Positions 9,545 to 19,366 of a stretch of 64,000 nucleotides of DNA are shown one piece after another. The stretch is from Thermoproteota archaeon. Lineage in GTDB: Archaea; Thermoproteota; EX4484-205; JAAOZP01. The position numbers and the translations under genes are program-made. The DNA lies in contig JBNAVT010000001.1 in NCBI GenBank assembly GCA_049700215.1, positions 61,016 through 125,015 on the forward strand. The letters are read 5' to 3'. The notes beneath the pieces were generated by a model. It had not been told where the DNA came from, did not search any database, and saw only the letters and a program-made list of their open reading frames with translations. Numbering within the stretch: position 1 is the stretch's first letter; each line of letters opens with the position of its first letter.

Positions 9545-10126
9545 TTATTTAAGATAATCGAGCTTGAAGACGTGGTTAAGGTCCCCCCTTCCAGGCTCGG
9601 GGAGCCTGTGACAGAGATTTTCAGAAACGTTCTTAAAGACAGGTATGAGGGTATGGTTATAGAAGGAATCGGCTACATAATTCTCCTCATTGACTACGAG
9701 TTCAACCCTGTGGGGCAGATATCTCCTGGAGACGGTCACAGTTACCACAGGGTTAAGGCGAAGGTGCTTTCCTATTACCCTGAGGTCAACGAGGTTGTTG
9801 AGGGGAGGGTTGTTGAGGTGGAGGAGTTCGGGGTTTTCGTGAGGCTTGTTACGACCGACGCCTTGATGCATGTGAGCCAGATAACCGACGACTACATGGA
9901 TTACAATAGTTCTCAGGGGATACTTGTTGGGAGGCAGACTAAGAGAATAATTCAGAAGAACGACTGGGTTAGGGCGAGGGTGGCTGCAGTTTCGATAGGC
10001 AGGGGAGCAATGACCGACAAGATTGGCTTGACTGCTAGGCAGCCCTTCCTAGGGAAGAGCGAGTGGATTGAGGAGGACATTAGGAAGCTGGCTGGGGAGA
10101 AGCCTAAGCAGGAGGCTAAGGCTTAA
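9545..10126 (+). CDS. rpoE1: RNA polymerase subunit Rpo7 (E'); start uncertain (TTA 9545 or GTG 9572)
   Basis: FKIIELEDVVKVPP, EVVEG.V.EVEEFGVFV, DALMHVSQI, LTARQPFLGK. Confidence 0.94.
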   Translation, partial: LFKIIELEDVVKVPPSRLGEPVTEIFRNVLKDRYEGMVIEGIGYIILLIDYEFNPVGQISPGDGHSYHRVKAKVLSYYPEVNEVVEGRVVEVEEFGVFVRLVTTDALMHVSQITDDYMDYNSSQGILVGRQTKRIIQKNDWVRARVAAVSIGRGAMTDKIGLTARQPFLGKSEWIEEDIRKLAGEKPKQEAKA

Positions 10127-10311
10127 TGCCTCTTAGAGCATGCTTAAACTGTAGAATGATAAGCGATTCGCCGCGGTGTCCAAACTGCGGCGGGGAAGAG
10201 TTTACGCAGGAGTGGAGTGGCGAGGTTCTTGTTTTCAACCCTGAGGCCTCTTCAATAGCTAAACTCATCGGGGCGAGGGTTCCGGGAAGATACGCGGTGA
10301 GGCTGAGGTAG
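10126..10311 (+). CDS. spt4: Transcription elongation factor Spt4 (RpoE'')
   Basis: ACLNC...CPNCG...WSG...PGRYAV. Confidence 0.93.
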   Translation: MPLRACLNCRMISDSPRCPNCGGEEFTQEWSGEVLVFNPEASSIAKLIGARVPGRYAVRLR

Positions 10312-10313
10312 GA

Positions 10314-10811
10314 GTGTTGAAAGCCTCGGAGGAAACGAGAAGGATCGTTAGAAAGCCGTTGGGAGCCCTGCTTGATACGGATGGTTTAAGAAGGAGGCTG
10401 AAAGAGTTTAAAGGGGTCGTTGTCTCCGTCGGCGACGTTGTTTCCCAAAGCCTGTTAGACGCGGGTTTCAACCCGGGTGTATGCGTGGTTGACGGGAAAA
10501 CCCTGCGGACACGCCCATACGGTGTCGAGCGCTTCCAACAGGGGAGAAGAGTCTTAAGGCTGGTGAATCCTCCGGGGACAATATCCGGTGAATCCTGGAG
10601 TGTGTTCAAGCAGGCGCTTGACCTAAGGCCTTCAACAATACTGGTTGAAGGCGAGGAGGATCTTCTGACGCTTGTAGCGGTTGAAACAGCGCCCGACGGC
10701 TCCCTAGTGGTTTACGGGCAGCCGGGGGAGGGCGTGGTCTTAATAGAGGTTAACGCTTCTTCCAGGAAAGTGGTCTCGGAGATCCTTGGGACAATGGAGG
10801 CGTGCGACTAG
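10314..10811 (+). CDS. GTP-dependent dephospho-CoA kinase (DUF359)
   Basis: VGDVVS, VVDGKT.R, NPPGTI, VEGEEDLL, YGQPGEG. Confidence 0.9.
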   Translation: MLKASEETRRIVRKPLGALLDTDGLRRRLKEFKGVVVSVGDVVSQSLLDAGFNPGVCVVDGKTLRTRPYGVERFQQGRRVLRLVNPPGTISGESWSVFKQALDLRPSTILVEGEEDLLTLVAVETAPDGSLVVYGQPGEGVVLIEVNASSRKVVSEILGTMEACD

Positions 10812-10962
10812 CGTCTGCTCAGCGTAGCGCGCTACTTTACGCATTAAGGATGTGGGTGCTGCTAGCCTAATAATGCGATTTATACGGGTTGCATACTCCA
10901 CGCCGCGCTCGGTCTGTCTACAGTAATGTTTAAAGCCTGACTGCCCGTGGGGAGCACAGCAA

Positions 10963-11322
10963 ATGGTGGAGATAAGGATACTTAAAGAGGTTGAGAACCC
11001 TCTTTTAAAGAGGAGGGAAGTAGTGTTCGAGATTCCGCACCCCGGGGGTAAGACTCCCACTATTGTTGAAGCCAGGGAGGCTGTTTCAGCCTTGAAAAGA
11101 GTCCCCATGGAGGCGGTCTACGTTAGGAGTCTTAAGAGCGTTTCAGGCAGGCAGTCTTCAATAGGCGAGGCGCATGTCTACTTTTCCCCGGAGTACGCCA
11201 GGATCGAGCCTATGCACGTCAGGGTTGCGAACCTGCCTCCGGAGGAGAAGAAGCGTAGGAAAGAGGAGCTTAAGAAGATGAGGATGGAGATGAAGGCTAA
11301 GGCAGCCGGCGGTAGGAGATGA
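10963..11322 (+). CDS. rps24e: 30S ribosomal protein S24e
   Basis: [17 protein letters not shown]; synteny. Confidence 0.92.
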   Translation: MVEIRILKEVENPLLKRREVVFEIPHPGGKTPTIVEAREAVSALKRVPMEAVYVRSLKSVSGRQSSIGEAHVYFSPEYARIEPMHVRVANLPPEEKKRRKEELKKMRMEMKAKAAGGRR

Positions 11323-11480
11323 AGGACACTGTGAAATATTATGAGGTTGACGCGAGCAAGGCCTCAGTGAGGCTTAGAAACAGGAAGTGCCCCAGGTGCG
11401 GCAGGGTCATGGCTTTCCACAAGGAGGGTAAACCCAGGTGGCACTGCGGCGCTTGCAACTATACGGAGTTCCAAAGGTGA
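11319..11480 (+). CDS. rps27ae: 30S ribosomal protein S27ae (not in ORF track)
   Basis: Manual translation [10 protein letters not shown]...[34 protein letters not shown]. Confidence 0.95.
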   Translation: MKDTVKYYEVDASKASVRLRNRKCPRCGRVMAFHKEGKPRWHCGACNYTEFQR

Positions 11481-11497
11481 GGGGGAGCGTCTAGCCT

Positions 11498-12499
11498 GTG
11501 GGGGAGCGTCTCACGTGCATCGGCGTTGAATCCACTGCTCATACTTTCGGGATAGGTGTCGTGAGGCATCCTCCTTTCGAGGCTCTTTGCGACGTCCGAA
11601 GGGTTTACAGACCTTCGGCAGGCGGCATACATCCGAGTGAGGCTGCGAAGCATCATTTGGACAAAGCTTCCAGCGCGCTTCAGGAGGCGCTGTCGAAAAT
11701 AAGCGTTGAAGACATAGACCTGGTTTCCTTTTCACGAGGCCCCGGCCTGGGGCCGTGTTTAAGGGTTGGAGCAGCCTTGGCTAGAATGATTGCTCTAAAG
11801 CTTGGTAAACCACTGGTGGGGGTTAACCATGCTGCTGCACACGTGGAGATCGGGAGGGCTCTAACCGGGGCCGCTAACCCGGTTGTGCTCTATGTTTCCG
11901 GAGGCAACACTCAGGTTATTCATCCTTCTGAAGGAAGATACGTTGTTCTCGGGGAGACTGAGGATATTGCTGTCGGAAACCTTATAGACGCTTTCGCTAG
12001 GAAAGCAGGCCTCGGTTTCCCTGGTGGCCCAAGAGTTATGGAGCTGGCTTCGAAGTCGCGCAGGCTGGTAAGGCTACCCTACAGTGTTAAAGGCATGAAC
12101 GTATCCTTCTCAGGAATGCTGACGATGCTTGAAAACCTGGTTGAGAGGGAGCCGCTTGAAGACCTCTGCTTCTCGCTGCAGGAAACCGCTTTCTCCATGC
12201 TGATAGAGGTTTCGGAAAGGGCTATGGCGATGCTCGGGCTCAACGAGTTCATAATAGCCGGTGGCGTTGGCGCCAACCAGCGGCTTAGGGAGATGGCTGG
12301 GGAAATGTGTAGGGAGAGGAGAGCCGTCTTCCTGGATTACCCTGTTGAGTACTACGCTGACAACGGTGTCATGGTAGCTTGGGAGGGGATTGTGCAGTAC
12401 AGGCTGGGAGAGTCTCTAAGGATTGAAGAGTCTATTGTTAAACCGAGGTGGAGGCTGAGCGATGTCAAGTCTCCTCCCCCAGGGATGTACTCGAGTTAA
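11498..12499 (+). CDS. kae1: KEOPS tRNA t6A threonylcarbamoyltransferase Kae1
   Basis: GVESTAHTFGIG, GGIHP, GPGLGPCLRVG, VNHAAAHVE, LYVSGGNTQ, DNGVM. Confidence 0.96.
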   Translation: MGERLTCIGVESTAHTFGIGVVRHPPFEALCDVRRVYRPSAGGIHPSEAAKHHLDKASSALQEALSKISVEDIDLVSFSRGPGLGPCLRVGAALARMIALKLGKPLVGVNHAAAHVEIGRALTGAANPVVLYVSGGNTQVIHPSEGRYVVLGETEDIAVGNLIDAFARKAGLGFPGGPRVMELASKSRRLVRLPYSVKGMNVSFSGMLTMLENLVEREPLEDLCFSLQETAFSMLIEVSERAMAMLGLNEFIIAGGVGANQRLREMAGEMCRERRAVFLDYPVEYYADNGVMVAWEGIVQYRLGESLRIEESIVKPRWRLSDVKSPPPGMYSS

Positions 12500-13148
12500 A
12501 ACCCTATACCAGGGTGCGGAGGCGGTTGTAGACCTCTGCGAATGGCTCGGAATAAGGGTTGTTGTTAAGACTAGGGTCGCTAAAGGCTACAGGGTTAGGG
12601 AGCTTGACGATTTTATAAGGCGCTCGAGAACAGTGAGGGAAGCATCCCTCCTGAGCTTGGCTAAGAAGGCTGGTGTAAAAACTCCTTTCGTCTACCACGT
12701 GAACCCTCTAGAGGGCCGCATAATAATGAGCTACGTTGAAGGCCAGAGTCTGAGGAGCATGCAGGGCTCAAGCATTTTCGCCAGTTTAATACGCATGCTT
12801 GGAGGCATCGTTGGGAGGCTTCACTCGGCAGGGATTATTCACGGCGACCTAACGCTTTCAAACGTGCTTGCCTCAGAGGACGGGCTCACCCTGATAGATT
12901 TCGGCCTAGGAGAGTTTTCAAACGAGGTTGAGAAGAAGGCTGAGGATGTTTACACGCTTTTCTCAAGCCTAAGGGCGCTCCCGGATTCTGGGACACTGGT
13001 GGCAGCCTTCCTCGAGGGCTACAGGCCTTCAGCCGGAGAGTCCGCGGCGAGGGTTGAGGAGAGGCTTAGGGAGATAGGCAGCAGGGGCAGGTATGTTGAG
13101 AAGGAGCTTAGACGAGGCTCAGCGGGAAGAGTGGAACGTAGATGCTGA
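12462..13148 (+). CDS. bud32: KEOPS kinase Bud32 (true start probably near 12495)
   Basis: QGAEA, KTRVAKGYR, HGDLTLSN, LIDFGLG, RGRY. Confidence 0.93.
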   Translation: MSSLLPQGCTRVKTLYQGAEAVVDLCEWLGIRVVVKTRVAKGYRVRELDDFIRRSRTVREASLLSLAKKAGVKTPFVYHVNPLEGRIIMSYVEGQSLRSMQGSSIFASLIRMLGGIVGRLHSAGIIHGDLTLSNVLASEDGLTLIDFGLGEFSNEVEKKAEDVYTLFSSLRALPDSGTLVAAFLEGYRPSAGESAARVEERLREIGSRGRYVEKELRRGSAGRVERRC

Positions 13149-13174
13149 AACCGGTTGCCGTCAGCCTGAGGAAG

Positions 13175-14527
13175 CTAAAAACCAAGGATAATCCTGTCGT
13201 GAACAGCTTTAACAGCTTTCTCAGCATCGCCCATCGACACGGCGAAGGATATGCTTGTCTCAGACGAGCCTTGAGCTATGGCTAGAACATTAACCCCTGC
13301 TTCTGCAACGGCGGAGAATATTCTGGCTGCAACACCCTTAGTCCCCCTCATGCCCTCCCCGACGGCGGATATTACTGCAACACCCCTCTGTATCCTGATT
13401 CTTTTAACAAGCCTCTGTCTGCTAAAGCCTTCCCTCAAGCCTTTCAAAGCCATGTCTAGATCCCTGTCTTTAACAAGCAGGGTTATGCCGATTTCTGAAG
13501 CATCCTGGCTTATCATGGAGACGCTCACCCCTCTCTTCGCAATCTCGCCGAGTATGGCTGAGGCCACGCCAGGGGCCCCCGCCATCGCAGCCCCCTCAAC
13601 GGTTATAATACTCATGTCGGGTATCATCGCCACAGCCTTAACAATCTGTTTTTCAACAGCCTTCTCAAAGCCTATTGTCGTGCATTCCTTGAAAGGTTCC
13701 TGAATGCTTGAAACTATGATTCTTACCCCAAGCTCCTCGGCAAGCTCCACTGCCTGGGGGCTCACAACCCATTCTCCGAGCCTTGAAAGCTCCAGCGCCT
13801 CCGAGTAGGATAGGCTTGGTATTACCCTTGCCTTGTCGGCGATCCAGGGGTCGGCTGTGTAGACGCCGCCGTTAGCCTTCGGAACATACACCTCGTTAAC
13901 CCTGAGCTCGCTAGCAGCAAGTATCGATACTACGCTGCCCATCCCTTTCCTGAGCGATGCTTCGCCGCCCTCGTGGTCGACGCAGGCCCTGCCGGATATT
14001 ACGAGGGCTCCTTTCGAAACGCTTTTCAACCCATCCGGGTTGACGAGGCTCACGTAATGGCTCCACGGCGGCTCATAGTCCTCTACGATCATGAATCCCG
14101 CTTGCCCGGCGGAAACCCATTTAGCGTCGACACCAACCGCGTTCAAATGGCTTGAAACAACCTTGGAAACAGTGTTTCCAAGCAGGTTTAGCATTACATG
14201 CAGCCCCCTGGGCGTTGCACCCTCCGCCTTCTTCTCAGCATGCAGGTACTCAGCGATCCTGTTCAAGCTTTCAACAAGCTCAGCTTCAACACCCCTTCTA
14301 AGTCCACCGGGAACTCCTTTCGCCAGACTGTTAAGCTCGCCAGCCAGCTTCGCCAAAGCCTCGTCCTCGCTCACTCGTGAAGCAGCAGCCTCAGTTAAAA
14401 CCCTCAGGGCTTCCTCGCGCGGCTCGACTATGATCACCAGCCCCTGCGGTGCTTTTTCAGCAAGCTTCTCCAATAGCTCTTTTAACTCGAGCCCCGTGTT
14501 CTCAAGGTTAAGGTTTACAATCATCAA
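13175..14527 (-). CDS. Aspartate kinase-like protein with degenerate kinase domain and intact tandem ACT domains
   Basis: GVYTADP, SYSEA.ELS, ACT motifs (GAPGVA, ISQDASE, SAVGEGMRGTKGVAARIF, IAQGSSE); lacks KFGG and GRGGSD. Confidence 0.8.
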   Translation of the reverse strand: MMIVNLNLENTGLELKELLEKLAEKAPQGLVIIVEPREEALRVLTEAAASRVSEDEALAKLAGELNSLAKGVPGGLRRGVEAELVESLNRIAEYLHAEKKAEGATPRGLHVMLNLLGNTVSKVVSSHLNAVGVDAKWVSAGQAGFMIVEDYEPPWSHYVSLVNPDGLKSVSKGALVISGRACVDHEGGEASLRKGMGSVVSILAASELRVNEVYVPKANGGVYTADPWIADKARVIPSLSYSEALELSRLGEWVVSPQAVELAEELGVRIIVSSIQEPFKECTTIGFEKAVEKQIVKAVAMIPDMSIITVEGAAMAGAPGVASAILGEIAKRGVSVSMISQDASEIGITLLVKDRDLDMALKGLREGFSRQRLVKRIRIQRGVAVISAVGEGMRGTKGVAARIFSAVAEAGVNVLAIAQGSSETSISFAVSMGDAEKAVKAVHDRIILGF

Positions 14528-15534
14528 CGCTTCTCCTCCTCCAGTATTTCAAAGATGTCTCTAATTATTGCGGCGGCTGTTTCAAACGGTCCAGCTCCTC
14601 TCCCAAGCAGGTAAACCGGCCCAGCCCTCCTCATTCTGAACTCCACCGCGTTCAGCGTCCCGCTCACATCAAGCACGCTCCCCCTCTTAAGCTTTGAAGG
14701 ACCAACCCTGAGCCTACCTTCCTCAGTGAACTCTCCTATGAGCCTTATTGAGCAGCCGTTTAGAGCAGCTTCACGCAGGTCCCTTGGCTCAACGCCCTCT
14801 ATACCCTTCAACTCGACCTCGTCAACCCTGTGACCCCCCTCGATACTGTTGGCTATTATGGTTATCTTGTAGGCAGTATCCATCCCCGAGACATCCATAG
14901 TTGGGTCGGCTTCAGCAATACCTATTTCGCGTGCAAGCCTCAAAGCCTCCTCGTAGCTCTTCCCCTCCTCCATCAGTGTGAGAATATAGTTGGAGGTCGC
15001 GTTTAAAACTCCTCTGAAGCCCTCGACAACATCCCCAACGGTGAGCGTCCTGAGAGTTTTCAAAACGGGCAGTCCACCGCCGACCGTCGCGCTATACTTC
15101 ACCATTCTCCCCCGTGTAAGAGCCGTCCTCATGACAGTGTCGTAATCATAGGCGAAAGGAGCCTTGTTCGCTGAGACAACGTGGGAGCCATGCTCGAGAG
15201 CCTTAAGAATGTGTTTTAAAGCCGGTCCTGAGCCACCCCTGCTCGTTGGCGTTGCTTCAACAGTCACATCGGGCTGGGCGAGCCTTATCGCCTCCGCCGC
15301 ATCCATACTTGGAAAACCCCCCTGCTCAGAATAGGCCACGGAACCCCTCGCGATCTTCGTGGCCAAAAGGCTGCTGGCCTTAACACCGTTCTCCGAGAGC
15401 GTCGCTCCACCTCTGTCCACTATTCCAACAATCCTCGGGTCTGCTCCGAGCCTTCTGAACCCCCTCCTCTCCTCCTCCATCAGCTGGAGGAATGCTCTTC
15501 CAACGTTTCCAAAGCCGATTAAAAGTATCCTCAT
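14524..15534 (-). CDS. hom: Homoserine dehydrogenase
   Basis: IGFGNVG, VVSANK, ATVGGGLP, GVLNATSNYIL, AEADPT.DVSG.D, GRGAG. Confidence 0.95.
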   Translation of the reverse strand: MRILLIGFGNVGRAFLQLMEEERRGFRRLGADPRIVGIVDRGGATLSENGVKASSLLATKIARGSVAYSEQGGFPSMDAAEAIRLAQPDVTVEATPTSRGGSGPALKHILKALEHGSHVVSANKAPFAYDYDTVMRTALTRGRMVKYSATVGGGLPVLKTLRTLTVGDVVEGFRGVLNATSNYILTLMEEGKSYEEALRLAREIGIAEADPTMDVSGMDTAYKITIIANSIEGGHRVDEVELKGIEGVEPRDLREAALNGCSIRLIGEFTEEGRLRVGPSKLKRGSVLDVSGTLNAVEFRMRRAGPVYLLGRGAGPFETAAAIIRDIFEILEEEKR

Positions 15535-16748
15535 AACAGTTTCCTCAAAGCCTCCGCAGGGTTTTCACCGGGGTTGATCACGAGCTCAGCATAGGGCTTT
15601 ATGTCGACGCTCGGATCCTTCAAGCCGTGTCCAGTCGCCACGACGACGATTGTTTCATCACCCTTAAAGAACCCTTCTTTAGAAAGCTTAGCCAAGCCCG
15701 CCACAGGGGCTGCTCCAGCCGGCTCCGCGAACAAGCCCTCCATCCTGGCGAGGTCCACCTGAGCCCTCAATATTTCACGGTCGCTCACAGTAACCGCCGT
15801 CCCCCGGGAGTCTCTAATCGCCTTCAACGCTTTTTTCCATGAAAACGGCCTTCCGATTCTTATTGCTGTTGCAACGGTCTCAGGCTTCTCAACAGGCTCT
15901 ATAGTTTCCTCTCCCCGGAGGTATGCTTTTGCTATCGGGGCGGCTCCCTCAGCCTGAACCCCTATCATCCTCGGCTTAGACTCCGCCAGCCCGGCTTCAA
16001 CAAGCTCTTTAAAACCCTTCCAGCCTGAAGATATGTTGGCAGCGTTTCCAACAGGGTATACGACGAAATCCGGCGTGTGGTTCAAGCCCTCCCATATTTC
16101 GAAGGCAACTGTCTTCTGGCCTTCAATCCTATACGGGTTCACTGAGTTTAAAACGTAAACCCCAAGCTCCTCTCTGTGGGAAAGAAGTGTTTCCAAAGCT
16201 TCGTCGAAGTTCCCTCTGACCCTGACTACGGTGGCCCCGTGGGCAACAGCCTGGAGAAGCTTCCCGGGGGCAACGTAGCCGTCTGGAAGGAAGACGAGGC
16301 TTCTCAAGCCAGCTCTTGCCGCGTAGGCTGACATTGATGCTGAAGTGTTGCCTGTTGAAGCACACGCTACGCTCCTGGCGTGGAACCTGAGGGCTATGCT
16401 GACGGCGACAGTCATACCCCTGTCTTTAAAAGAACCAGTTGGATTAGCTCCCTCAAACTTGACGTAGAGGCTTCTCAAGCCCAAGTATTCCCCAAGCCTT
16501 TCAGCCTTAATGAGGGGAGTATCACCCTCACCTAGCGTGACGATTCTCCCAACCCTGGGAAGGAGGCTCCTATACCTCCAAACACCCCTGCCGTTGAACG
16601 AGACGCTTCTGAAGACACTCCTAGGGTAAACAACCTCCAAGAGGCCTCCGCACCTCCCGCATACAAGCACGCCTCCCCCGGGCGCATGGGTTGCGCCGCA
16701 ATCCATGCACACCAGAGCCTCGTCACCCTGATACTCCATTACGCGCAT
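15531..16748 (-). CDS. thrC: Threonine synthase
   Basis: LGEGDTPL, NPTGSFKDRG, CASTGNTSAS, NSVNPYR.EGQKT, PVGNA, TGHGLKDP. Confidence 0.96.
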   Translation of the reverse strand: MRVMEYQGDEALVCMDCGATHAPGGGVLVCGRCGGLLEVVYPRSVFRSVSFNGRGVWRYRSLLPRVGRIVTLGEGDTPLIKAERLGEYLGLRSLYVKFEGANPTGSFKDRGMTVAVSIALRFHARSVACASTGNTSASMSAYAARAGLRSLVFLPDGYVAPGKLLQAVAHGATVVRVRGNFDEALETLLSHREELGVYVLNSVNPYRIEGQKTVAFEIWEGLNHTPDFVVYPVGNAANISSGWKGFKELVEAGLAESKPRMIGVQAEGAAPIAKAYLRGEETIEPVEKPETVATAIRIGRPFSWKKALKAIRDSRGTAVTVSDREILRAQVDLARMEGLFAEPAGAAPVAGLAKLSKEGFFKGDETIVVVATGHGLKDPSVDIKPYAELVINPGENPAEALRKLL

Positions 16749-16803
16749 ACTCGCCTCCTCAGAGTTTTAAGCTTTAATAGTTCTCAGCATGGAAAAATGG
16801 CTG

Positions 16804-17370
16804 ATGAAGCTAGTGTTCATAACGGGGAACCCTGGGAAATTCCTCGAGGCGAGGAGGCTGCTTGAAGAATACGGGATAATTCTTGAACAGGCCGATGTTG
16901 AAGTAACAGAGCCGCAGACAGATAGCCTGGAGGAGGTTGCTGAGAAATGCGCTGAGGAGGCTTTGGAAAAAATTGGTGAAAGCTTCCTAATCGAGGACTC
17001 CGGGCTATTCGTAAACTCTCTAAACGGCTTCCCAGGAGTATACTCCTCATACGTCTACAGGAAAATAGGCTGCGAAGGAATACTCAAGCTTCTCACAGGC
17101 TCAGCAGACAGGTCAGCATACTTCATGACGGCCCTAGCCTACGGCGAGCCAGGCAAAGGCGTCAAGATATTCACCGGAAGAGTCGACGGAACAATCGCAA
17201 CAGAGCCACGCGGGAAAAGCGGGTTCGGTTATGACCCCTTATTCATCCCTCTGGGCTCTAATCTGACTTTCGCGGAGATGAGCACTGAGGAGAAGAACAG
17301 GTTTTCCCACAGGGCTAGGGCGTTGAGAAGCTTTGCGTCATGGTTTCTGAGCAGGCATGAGGAAAAGTAG
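16804..17370 (+). CDS. rdgB: Non-canonical purine NTP pyrophosphatase (RdgB/HAM1)
   Basis: FITGNPGK, EDSGL, GFPGVYS, GFGYDPLF, EKNRFSHR.RAL. Confidence 0.95.
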   Translation: MKLVFITGNPGKFLEARRLLEEYGIILEQADVEVTEPQTDSLEEVAEKCAEEALEKIGESFLIEDSGLFVNSLNGFPGVYSSYVYRKIGCEGILKLLTGSADRSAYFMTALAYGEPGKGVKIFTGRVDGTIATEPRGKSGFGYDPLFIPLGSNLTFAEMSTEEKNRFSHRARALRSFASWFLSRHEEK

Positions 17371-18466
17371 GTGTGGCGTCTCGTGTAGAGACTGCCATTA
17401 TTACGATTACAGACAGCTATGCCCAGGATGCGCGATTGAACGTTGTCTCGTAGATTCGTGTCTAAGGGGCATTTCTTTTTCAGGTATTACATACCCCAAA
17501 TCGTTCTGCAAGTTAAGAGCATATTGTCCTATTGGAGGGATGCCGAGACCGTTTCCAGTCCTACTTCCCCAATTAAGGAAAAAGGATATGCTTAGGATTA
17601 ATTTTCCGTCATTCATTCCTCAAATCGATATATGGAATCGTGAATCATGGTTTTGGATAGAAGGGGTAGATGCACCTGCTGTTTTTGTACCCCTCTGGCA
17701 ACTGATTTTTAATAGTAGTTTAATATCAGAGGCTTCACGTAAAGGTCTTCACGATTTTCTCGGCTTTAATGGAAAAATATTGTTGTCTACGGTTATGCCT
17801 GACGAGCTTATTGATAGACTTACAAAGGATGATTACTTTAAGCTGATTAAAGAATTAAGACCCGATGCCACAATGATTCCCGATAACTATACTTATGTTG
17901 ACGCTCCATTATACCAATCTTGGTCTCAAACTATGCGGTTAATATCGTTTGCAAATGATTTTCTAGATCTCGATATCCCGTTAATCGGCTTAATCAAGGG
18001 TGCAAATCTGCGCCAAATCTACGTATCGCTTAAAAGTGAGGTTGAAATGAATTATGTTTCATTTGTTATGCCTGCGAGAGAACTTTTTGAGCAGGGCTTG
18101 TTAAATGATCTTCTTTCTCATGTGTTAATCATGTTAAAGAGGTTGGGTAGAGTTAATAATAAAAAACTTGAAATACTTATTTACGGGGTTGGACGAAAGC
18201 TTGGGTACAAAGGGATGAGCTATAGTAATTTTTCATGGTTTCTTGAAGCCAAACATGGTCTTTATTTTCGAGACGGCAAATTATACGATATGCGTGACGA
18301 GAAAATAAGATTTAGGGAGTGTTATTGTGATGCTTGCGAAGGCAAGATGCCACAGGACCTTATCAATCTATGGGTGGAAAATTCAGAATCTTGTAGAAGA
18401 ATACTGGCTCTTCATAACCTGCTGGATTGGCTGAGGAGAAGTAAGAGTTGGGTGGGGGCTCTTTAA
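17357..18466 (+). CDS. tRNA-guanine transglycosylase (TGT)/DpdA-like protein with Cys-rich N-terminal domain
   Basis: C-terminal TGT-type zinc site CYCDAC...LALHN, TIM-barrel-like MIPD and LIGLIKG segments, N-terminal CGVSCRDC...CPGC...C cluster. Confidence 0.6.
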   Translation: MRKSRCGVSCRDCHYYDYRQLCPGCAIERCLVDSCLRGISFSGITYPKSFCKLRAYCPIGGMPRPFPVLLPQLRKKDMLRINFPSFIPQIDIWNRESWFWIEGVDAPAVFVPLWQLIFNSSLISEASRKGLHDFLGFNGKILLSTVMPDELIDRLTKDDYFKLIKELRPDATMIPDNYTYVDAPLYQSWSQTMRLISFANDFLDLDIPLIGLIKGANLRQIYVSLKSEVEMNYVSFVMPARELFEQGLLNDLLSHVLIMLKRLGRVNNKKLEILIYGVGRKLGYKGMSYSNFSWFLEAKHGLYFRDGKLYDMRDEKIRFRECYCDACEGKMPQDLINLWVENSESCRRILALHNLLDWLRRSKSWVGAL

Positions 18467-19366
18467 TAGATCAGCATAAATCAAGGTTCCGGGAGGGAGA
18501 CCAGGTTCTAACAGAACGGAAGGAAGAATGGGAAGAATGCCGTAAAGAGGCCTATAGCGAGGTGAAGGAATTCGGTGAGTATAAAGTGGCATAACAGAAA
18601 TTGGAGAATATGAGCTACTTAAAGGAAATATCGTTATCTCAACGTTTGTAGAGGCAAGAATAGAAGAAGATAGGATTTTGTTTCCTTTGAGCCATGGAAC
18701 CCTATTAGAAATCTCTTTTAGTGGGATTAGAGAAATTCTTACTCCTGAGAAGGCGGAATTATGCGGCCTTATAGCTGCAGAAGGCAGCTTATCTCCCTAT
18801 GAAGGAGAGTCTCGCCAAATCTTCTTTCACTCTGCAGATATGGAACTTATTGAAAGGTATATTGAGTTGTTCGAGAAGATTTATAACAAAACTCCGCATA
18901 TTTACCAAGGTAAGGGCGAATTTATTGCGGGAATAAAGAATAAAGAGGCATATTACGATCTGAGGGAGATCGGGGCTAAACCGGGCCTTACAGGTACCAC
19001 GTTCCTTTAAAACATTTAGACGAAGAGGGTGTTAAGGCATATTTAAGAGGGTTTTTCTCTGGTGATGGAAGCGTAGCAAGGCATGGAAAGTATTCGATTA
19101 AACTTAGAATATCCTCAAAGTACGGGGATTGCCTAGAGGAGATAAGAGAGGCTTTGGTGAAGATTGGTTTTCAGCCTTCTGAGGTTCGTCTGGATAAGAC
19201 TTATGGGACACATTATTTGGAGATATACGCTCAAGATCGGATAAGGTTTATCGAAGAAATAGGAAGCTATAACCCTGCACATGTAAAGAAATTCGAAGAA
19301 TTCTTAAAAGCGTATGAGGAGGATAAATTAAAGGGAGGAAGACCAAAAAGGAATGATGACAAATGA
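18448..19366 (+). CDS. Double-motif LAGLIDADG endonuclease-like protein, split by two single-G frameshifts (~18588, ~18985)
   Basis: ELCGLIAAEGSL in ORF 18678-19010; YLRGFFSGDGSV in the frame that continues into ORF 19154-19366 (RFIEEIGSYNP). Confidence 0.75.

Noticed and set aside
16749-16803. Thr-rich leader peptide for the thr operon
   Set aside because: The gap is a short divergent promoter region with no uORF containing Thr/Ile codons.
18448-19366. Intein or intron-encoded endonuclease
   Set aside because: No Cys/Ser start or His-Asn end of an intein was seen, and there is no interrupted host gene or rRNA around it.
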